From: Patescibacteria group bacterium
GTDB taxonomy: Bacteria; Patescibacteriota; UBA1384; XYA2-FULL-43-10; 1-14-0-10-43-13
Direction: 5' to 3'
Length of the DNA: 64,000 bases
NCBI GenBank assembly: GCA_041666325.1
Contig: JBAYHC010000002.1
Span: 51,635 to 115,634 of the forward strand
Numbering within the stretch: position 1 is the first letter of the stretch; each line of letters opens with the position of its first letter. A program made the position numbers and the translations under genes. The notes below the pieces were generated by a model. It worked only from the letters and a program-made list of their open reading frames with translations. It made no database searches and was not told the origin of the DNA. Positions 58,105 through 64,000 of this stretch are shown in pieces.

Positions 58105-58935
58105 ATGAATAAATTAGACACAAAAATTTTTGACGGTCGGGCAATCCGCAACCAGATTTTGGATGAATTGAAAAGCAAAATTAGCTCATCGAGTCATGTG
58201 CCTGTTTTGGCTGTTTTCCTTGTCGGTGACGATCCCGTATCAACCAATTACGTTGCGATCAAACAAAAAATTGCTGAGAAATTGGGGATTCAGGTTCGTC
58301 TGTTCCATTTCCCTGAATATGTTTCCGAGAAGGAGATCATAGACACGATTATTGATTTGAATAATAGGCCCATGATCAGCGGCATCATGGTTCAAATCCC
58401 ATTGCCCAAGGGCATAGATCGCGACAATATCATCAGGACAATTGATCCTGCCAAGGATGTTGACGGGTTGCGTTATTGCTTGGGACTGGAATCGGGGTTT
58501 CTGCCGCCGGTTGTTCTTGCAATCGAGAAAGCAATGGCTGGCGCGGGCGCCAATTTGGAGACAATGAACACCCTGATCATCGGACAAGGCTTTCTTGTCG
58601 GTAATCCACTTGTTAGGTATCTACACAACAAATATGAAAAAGTAAGAAAACTAACAATTCTTTCAAAACCGGTTGATAATTTAACAGCTATCACAACGAA
58701 GGCAGATATAATTATCTCTGCTGTTGGCAAAGCAGGCTTAATCGGTGGCAACATGATTAAGGCCGGTGCCATCCTAATAGACGCCGGTACCAGTGAGATA
58801 GGTGGAGAACTCAAGGGAGACATTGATCAAAGTGCTTACGACAAGGCTGCATTTATTACTCCTGTTCCCGGGGGAATTGGTCCTGTGACAGTTGCTATGC
58901 TGATGCAGAATTTGTTAGAAAACCCTATTGGCTAG
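58105..58935 (+). CDS. folD: Bifunctional methylenetetrahydrofolate dehydrogenase/cyclohydrolase
   Basis: AVFLVGDDPVSTNYVAIKQK..., PVPGGIGPVTVAMLMQN. Confidence 0.9.
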   Translation: MNKLDTKIFDGRAIRNQILDELKSKISSSSHVPVLAVFLVGDDPVSTNYVAIKQKIAEKLGIQVRLFHFPEYVSEKEIIDTIIDLNNRPMISGIMVQIPLPKGIDRDNIIRTIDPAKDVDGLRYCLGLESGFLPPVVLAIEKAMAGAGANLETMNTLIIGQGFLVGNPLVRYLHNKYEKVRKLTILSKPVDNLTAITTKADIIISAVGKAGLIGGNMIKAGAILIDAGTSEIGGELKGDIDQSAYDKAAFITPVPGGIGPVTVAMLMQNLLENPIG

Positions 58936-59011
58936 ATGAACTATTATAAAGACAAAGCGCACGTGATGCAGGCGGTTTCTTTTTTGCTGGCTTTTGACTA
59001 TATATAGGTAT

Positions 59012-61183
59012 ATGGATATTCCAGAAGAGTCGACTAAAATCCAATTTTTGAAGGGCGTTGGGCCGAAGATGGCGGATAAATTTAATCGTCTGGGCATTGA
59101 TGATGTCGAAGATCTGCTTTTTCATTGGCCAAGAAGATACGAGGATTATACTCGAATTAGTAGAATATCCGATCTGAACGGAGGTGCTAGGTATGATTCG
59201 ACGGCAGGCGAAAACACAAATCCCTATGAATATGATCCATCTATTCACTCTGTTCGGGGGAGAGTTCTTGGCGTAGTCAATAAGCTTACATCGCGCCAGA
59301 GAATGAAAATAACAGAGGCTGTCGTCGAGGATGGCAGTGGCACGATTAAGCTCGTTTGGTTTAATCAACCTTTCTTGAAGCAGACATTGAGGGTCGGTTC
59401 CGAATGGATATTTCGCGGCAAGGTGATTTATGACTCGTTTAACCATGTTTATGTAATGGAATCGCCAAACAGGGTAAAATTTCCGTGTATAGTACCTGTT
59501 TATCCAACTACTGCCGGCCTGACAAGCAACTATATCACCAAGCTGATCAGCAGTCAGAGGCAAAGAATAGCCAGCCTGATAGACCCTGTTCCTGGTAGCG
59601 TTATTGCAAAGTACAAATTATCACCGCTCGTCGATGCTGTATTAAAACTTCATACGCCAGTAAGATTTGAGGATATCCAAGAATCTCAGAGAAGGATCGC
59701 TTTCGATGAACTTTTTTTGCTGTCTCTCTGTTCCAGGATGATAAAGGATGAAAATCGGGTTTGCCAGGCACCGATAATGAGAATAGACAATTCAGAAATA
59801 GATGATTTTATAAACGCTCTTCCCTTTGGGCTGACCGATGACCAAAAAACAGTGACATGGCAAGTCATCAAGGATATGGCAAGTCCAACTGCAATGAATA
59901 GATTGGTTAATGGCGATGTTGGTAGCGGAAAAACGATTGTAGCAGGGATTGCTGCTTATGTCGGTACCAAGTCTGGGTTTAAGGTTGTTGTGATGGTTCC
60001 CACGGAAGTTCTTGCGTCTCAGCATTATTCAACCTTTTGCAATCTTTTTGAGCGATATGGGATATCGGTTGGTCTGCTCACGTCATCAATGAAAAAAATT
60101 TCGACAGAGGAGACGCCGAAGGGGAAGAAAGTATCTAAGCCAGAACAGGCCGACATTGTAATAGGAACGCAGGCTCTGTTGCAGAAGAGCGTTAATTTGG
60201 ATAATGTCGGTCTGGTTATAGTTGACGAGCAGCACCGATTTGGTGTAACCCAGCGAGCTGCGTTAAGACAGATTCCATCTAGTGGTGAAAGTAGCGATGA
60301 CATGAGTCAGGAACTGGGCAAGCGCTCTCCCCATTTCCTTAGTATGACTGCAACGCCAATTCCTCGCACGCTCTATCTAGCACTTTTTGATGATCTTGAT
60401 GTGTCGGTAATTAAGCAGAAACCAAAGAATCGAAAAGAGATAAAGACAAGATGTGTTGAGCCACACAATCGAGACAAGGCGTACCAATTCATTCGCAAGC
60501 AAATTGAATCTAGCCGGCAAGTTTTTGTTATTTGTCCGCTAATCGAGCAACAGGAAGATGTTTTGAATGAAAGAAGCCTTGAGCTGTGGGAGGAAGATCG
60601 AAAGTCAGTTGCTCGGGAGTATGAAAAACTGAGCAAGCATGTTTTTCCGGAGTTTCGAGTGGCAATGCTTCATGGCAAGATGAAACCCAAAGAAAAAGAT
60701 TCTATTCTCACCGATTTCGCCGATAAAAAATTCGATATTCTTGTTAGCACATCTGTTATTGAAGTGGGAATAGATGTGCCAAATGCAACGGTTATGATTA
60801 TCGAGAATGCAGAAAGATTTGGTTTGGCCCAAATTCATCAGTTTCGCGGTCGTGTTGGTCGGGGAGAGCAGCAGTCTTTTTGTTTTCTTTTTTCAAATTC
60901 CCGCTCCTTTGGGGCAATCGAGCGGTTGCACAAACTGGAGGAAATCTCTGATGGATTTAAGCTGGCAGAGATAGACCTGGAGACTCGGGGTCCGGGAGAT
61001 ATCTTGGGAACATTGCAATCTGGACAGGTGCAGTTGAAAATGGCCAGCTTTTGCGATAGAATGTTGATCGAGCAGGCAAGTGAAGCAGCTTCTTTTGTTT
61101 TCAGAGAAGATCCGACACTGGCACGTCTTCCTGCCCTGAAAGAGCGGATTCTTCGGCTCGAGATGAACAAGCACATGGAGTAA
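59012..61183 (+). CDS. recG: ATP-dependent DNA helicase RecG
   Basis: N-terminal FLKGVGPKMADKFNRLGIDDVEDLLFHWPRRYED, wedge domain, DEAD-box core VNGDVGSGKT / VDEQHRFGV, FRGRVGRG. Confidence 0.92.
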   Translation: MDIPEESTKIQFLKGVGPKMADKFNRLGIDDVEDLLFHWPRRYEDYTRISRISDLNGGARYDSTAGENTNPYEYDPSIHSVRGRVLGVVNKLTSRQRMKITEAVVEDGSGTIKLVWFNQPFLKQTLRVGSEWIFRGKVIYDSFNHVYVMESPNRVKFPCIVPVYPTTAGLTSNYITKLISSQRQRIASLIDPVPGSVIAKYKLSPLVDAVLKLHTPVRFEDIQESQRRIAFDELFLLSLCSRMIKDENRVCQAPIMRIDNSEIDDFINALPFGLTDDQKTVTWQVIKDMASPTAMNRLVNGDVGSGKTIVAGIAAYVGTKSGFKVVVMVPTEVLASQHYSTFCNLFERYGISVGLLTSSMKKISTEETPKGKKVSKPEQADIVIGTQALLQKSVNLDNVGLVIVDEQHRFGVTQRAALRQIPSSGESSDDMSQELGKRSPHFLSMTATPIPRTLYLALFDDLDVSVIKQKPKNRKEIKTRCVEPHNRDKAYQFIRKQIESSRQVFVICPLIEQQEDVLNERSLELWEEDRKSVAREYEKLSKHVFPEFRVAMLHGKMKPKEKDSILTDFADKKFDILVSTSVIEVGIDVPNATVMIIENAERFGLAQIHQFRGRVGRGEQQSFCFLFSNSRSFGAIERLHKLEEISDGFKLAEIDLETRGPGDILGTLQSGQVQLKMASFCDRMLIEQASEAASFVFREDPTLARLPALKERILRLEMNKHME

Positions 61184-61200
61184 CCAGTCGCAAAGGGGTA

Positions 61201-61776
61201 TTGTGGCTTATGAAAGAAGATAGTGCCAATCCGGGTCATTTGATCGAGAAGTATCGCTTTTTAATTGGCGGAGTGCTGCTGCTCGCTGTTTTATCAAGTG
61301 CTGCAGTTCTTCTCTATCGAGAGAACTACACTAAGGTTCGATCAAAAGGCGATATTGAGCGTCTCGGAGCCGAGGTAGTTAAGCTGGACAAAGCGATTGC
61401 TGAGATAAGGGAACAACAACAGCGATTGATTGTCTCTGCTTCGAATCAGTCCAAGACGCAAGAGGGTCAGCAGGCGGCAAATGTTGCCCAGGCGTCTGAG
61501 TCAATCACTAGAGATGCCGGCGTAGTAAAGGGGCAATCAACTCAATCTGTTTCGCCAGAAAAGCCACAAGTGGTCGTTTCTGCTACGGTAAATATCAATA
61601 CAGCATCAGTCGAACAATTGGACGCCTTGCCCGGAATCGGGCCGACCTATGCCAAACGGATCGTCGAGTACCGGGAAGCGAACGGCAAGTTTGCATCGAT
61701 TGACGAAGTTATGAAGGTCAAGGGCATTGGCCCGAAGACGTTCGAAAAGTTTAAGGACAAGATAACGGTTCAATAA
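61201..61776 (+). CDS. comEA: ComEA-family competence protein (TM anchor + tandem helix-hairpin-helix DNA-binding domain)
   Basis: NINTASVEQLDALPGIGPTYAKRIVEYREANGKFASIDEVMKVKGIGPKTFEKFKDKITV. Confidence 0.75.
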   Translation: MWLMKEDSANPGHLIEKYRFLIGGVLLLAVLSSAAVLLYRENYTKVRSKGDIERLGAEVVKLDKAIAEIREQQQRLIVSASNQSKTQEGQQAANVAQASESITRDAGVVKGQSTQSVSPEKPQVVVSATVNINTASVEQLDALPGIGPTYAKRIVEYREANGKFASIDEVMKVKGIGPKTFEKFKDKITVQ

Positions 61777-61851
61777 CAAAGAAGCCAGTAAGCGTATAAG
61801 CGGGTCAGCTGAAACGCTGAGAAGCTTATTCGCTTACAAGCCAATCGATTT

Positions 61852-61937
61852 GCTCGGGTGGTGGAATGGTAGACACGCTAGCCTTAGGAGCTAGTGGGGT
61901 AAAACCCGTGGAGGTTCAAGTCCTCTCCCGAGCACCA
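61852..61937 (+). tRNA. tRNA-Leu (anticodon UAG), type II with long variable arm, encoded CCA
   Basis: Acceptor GCTCGGG/CCCGAGC, anticodon stem CTAGC-CTTAGGA-GCTAG (UAG at 34-36), variable arm TGGGGTAAAACCCGTG, T-loop GGAGGTTCAAGTCCTCT, 3' ACCA. Confidence 0.85.
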
Positions 61938-61941
61938 AATT

Positions 61942-61968
61942 AAAAATACCAGTTAACTGGTATTTTTA
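61942..61968 (+). terminator. Rho-independent terminator after tRNA-Leu
   Basis: AAAAATACCAGTT/AACTGGTATTTTT perfect palindrome with T-run. Confidence 0.75.
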
Positions 61969-62106
61969 ATTTGGTGAAAATGTAGAGCTTCGTCCTATAC
62001 CAGAGGTCATTGTACGGGAAATAACTTTCGCATATAATGATAGCTAAGGATACAAGCCTGCTTTTATTGTATCAGGCAGGAGGTTAAAAGGATTGGGAGG
62101 GCTGGA

Positions 62107-64000
62107 TTGCCAGTGGGCGGTAAGTTCAATCTTACGGAAGAGATCGACAACCAAATAGTCTTAGTACAGAAAAGTACCAAGACTGTTTTGCCGTTTATGG
62201 CTAAGCCCCATAACAAACTTCGCCAAAAGTTCCATTGGTATTATAAATGGCATTTAAATCCATATCACAAAATTGTTCATTGGTCAGCGTTATCGCTTCA
62301 TGTCGCCGTTATTTTCTCCCTTGTTGCAAGCTCAGTTTTTCTTGGCCGCTTACCGGCGAGCGCAGCCACGACAACAAAAACATGGACAACATATAATGAT
62401 TTTACAAACAACGCTTCAACAGTAAACTCGGCAACTACTCAAGCCTCGGTCACGGTGGCCGGTTCGGGAATTCCTGCCGATGTCACAGCCGGCACGGTGA
62501 CGGTTAGTCCGGGTACAGCCTCGGAAGATTTTTCGACCACAACCAACAAAGATGCCGGCAGTACAACGGCGACCTGGGATACCACTGCTCAAACAGTATC
62601 AAGCCCAAGTAGCTGGGGTGACAAGACCGCATCGGCGCCAACGATCTCTGCTGGCAGCTATATGAGTTTTGTTGATGCCAATAATGGTTATGCAATAGTT
62701 GCGTCTAACAAATATGTTTATAAGACCACGAATGGTGGTGTGAGCTGGACACAGCCGTCTATTGTGACTCTTGGCTCTAGTACCATCGCAATATCCTCGA
62801 TGCATTTTATTAGTGCAACGACCGGTTTTGTGGCCGGGACTTGGAATGATCCGGAGTATTGGGATCCCGCTGGGTGCTGGGATCCGGATTACAACGAATG
62901 GTACGGCTGTAATGTGTCCGGTCCAAGCGGTTCGGTTATATTTCGGACGACTAATAGCGGGGGTAGCTGGACGGCGGTTTCACAGTTGAGCCAGGGTGCT
63001 GGCGAGACAGTGACGGGCATTAATTTCCCTAGTGCGAGTATCGGTTACGCAGTTGGACAGAACAATCTAATTCTAAAAACTACTGATGGCGGAGCAAACT
63101 GGAGCGCACAGACCGGTTCGGGTAATTTCACCTCCGTCTACTGCGCAAGCACGACTACCTGTTGGGCGGTTGGCACTGGTAACGTGATCCTAAAAACGAC
63201 AAATGGCGGCACCAACTGGAGCGCTCAGACTAGTGGCACCGCTCAAACTCTAAGCTCAATAGCTTGTAGTGGTGCAAGTAATTGTATTGCGGCTGGGGCA
63301 TCCGGAACTACTGTTAAGACAACAGACGGCGGCACGAACTGGAGCGTTTCCACTATTGTGAATACCCCGACGCTCAATTCCGTGGTAATGATTTCTAGCA
63401 CCGTAGCTTATATTATTGGCAGCAATGGTTTTTATAAGACGGATAATACTGGATCGAGTTGGTGGAGCAGAATCGGCCCGACGCCAGCTGCTCAATCGGC
63501 CGTCCAGCTGTCCTCGACGGCCGGTGTTGCCGCTACGAGTGCTGGTATTGTCAGAACAACTGATGGCTGGACAAGCGTGTGGCAAAACAAGTCAATGGCA
63601 GCAATTAATTTCCGCTCGATTTCTTTTCCGACAACCTCTGTCGGCTTTGCGGCTGGTGACGGGGGAGTAATTTATACTACTGCTGATGGTGGAGCAACGT
63701 GGACGGCCCAGACAAGTAATACAGTAAACAACTTAAGGTCAATTTATTTTTCTGATGCGAGCAACGGCTGGGCAGTCGGTGTCTCTGGCACAATCATGCA
63801 CACAGCTAACGGCGGTACGACATGGGCGGCCCAAACAAGCAATACTGCAAACCAGCTAAACGCTGTATATTTTACCGATTCTAGCAACGGCTGGGCAGTT
63901 GGCATCTCCGGTACGATTGACCATACTTCGGATGGCGGGACAACCTGGGCAACGCAGACTAGCAATACCCCAAACGGTCTCAACTCTGTGTTTTTCGTTG
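62107..64000 (+). CDS. Large secreted/membrane-anchored beta-propeller repeat protein (BNR/Ycf48-like TTDGGxxWS repeats), 5' partial view - runs off window end
   Basis: Open frame from 62044 to window end (not in ORF track because no stop); start TTG 62107 (RBS GGGAGGG 7 nt upstream), GTG 62113 or ATG 62197; TM IVHWSALSLHVAVIFSLVASSVFL; >=9 repeats of ...TTDGGTNWSAQTS... / TTNGGVSWTQPS. Confidence 0.5.
   Translation, partial: MPVGGKFNLTEEIDNQIVLVQKSTKTVLPFMAKPHNKLRQKFHWYYKWHLNPYHKIVHWSALSLHVAVIFSLVASSVFLGRLPASAATTTKTWTTYNDFTNNASTVNSATTQASVTVAGSGIPADVTAGTVTVSPGTASEDFSTTTNKDAGSTTATWDTTAQTVSSPSSWGDKTASAPTISAGSYMSFVDANNGYAIVASNKYVYKTTNGGVSWTQPSIVTLGSSTIAISSMHFISATTGFVAGTWNDPEYWDPAGCWDPDYNEWYGCNVSGPSGSVIFRTTNSGGSWTAVSQLSQGAGETVTGINFPSASIGYAVGQNNLILKTTDGGANWSAQTGSGNFTSVYCASTTTCWAVGTGNVILKTTNGGTNWSAQTSGTAQTLSSIACSGASNCIAAGASGTTVKTTDGGTNWSVSTIVNTPTLNSVVMISSTVAYIIGSNGFYKTDNTGSSWWSRIGPTPAAQSAVQLSSTAGVAATSAGIVRTTDGWTSVWQNKSMAAINFRSISFPTTSVGFAAGDGGVIYTTADGGATWTAQTSNTVNNLRSIYFSDASNGWAVGVSGTIMHTANGGTTWAAQTSNTANQLNAVYFTDSSNGWAVGISGTIDHTSDGGTTWATQTSNTPNGLNSVFFV

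Overview
This 64-kb window comes from a low-GC bacterial chromosome (roughly 42-45% GC by eye). Most of it is a densely packed housekeeping backbone: H+-pyrophosphatase, a P-type Ca2+-type ATPase, pyrG, groES-groEL, efp, the rpsF-ssb-rpsR operon, ychF, a UvrD/PcrA helicase, rsmA, an Nramp transporter, rsmI, NUDIX, DedA, metG, tatD, folD, recG, comEA and one tRNA-Leu(UAG). The window opens with a 7.7-kb envelope-glycan locus: GT4, Wzy_C-like, GT-C (PMT/ArnT-like), Wzy_C-like, Wzy_C-like, GT4. Several accessory layers sit on top of this backbone. (1) Three compact high-GC islets (~60-68% GC) lie at ~7.87-9.08 kb, ~51.2-52.2 kb and ~55.5-56.9 kb. Each is an autonomous unit with a TTGACA-N17-TAnnnT promoter, a high-GC ORF and a strong intrinsic terminator. 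They encode two unrelated secreted lipoproteins and a holin-like 62-aa protein translationally coupled (GTGA overlap) to an Amidase_3 (MurNAc-L-Ala amidase), followed by an SLT-like gene. Together this is the best candidate in the window for a horizontally acquired cell-wall-lysis or host-interaction module. (2) A GC-elevated accessory island at ~27.8-36.1 kb holds uncharacterised proteins (MBL-fold, STAS, membrane-anchored unknowns, a Pro-rich secreted protein, an HD/dGTPase-like protein). Within it, an identical 34-nt terminator-like element follows two consecutive genes. (3) A MITE-like palindromic repeat family with ends TGTCATYCCAGCCTG...GGGATGACACA occurs in four copies at 37.7-40.0 kb. 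Two copies flank a 94-aa GIY-YIG nuclease gene and a third brackets a 1.7-kb GC-rich two-gene cargo. (4) An ~830-bp gene-free region (32.75-33.58 kb) contains a textbook orphan promoter-terminator unit (candidate ~138-nt sRNA), a ~110-nt polypurine tract and a second structured, terminator-capped element. (5) In-frame short tandem repeats sit inside two genes: (AAAATCC)x4 in a GT4 glycosyltransferase and a 14-nt x2 repeat in rsmI. The AT-rich spacers also show spacer-specific degenerate tandem repeats. No rRNA, CRISPR array or recognisable transposase was seen. All functional calls are from motif recognition by eye and need database confirmation.
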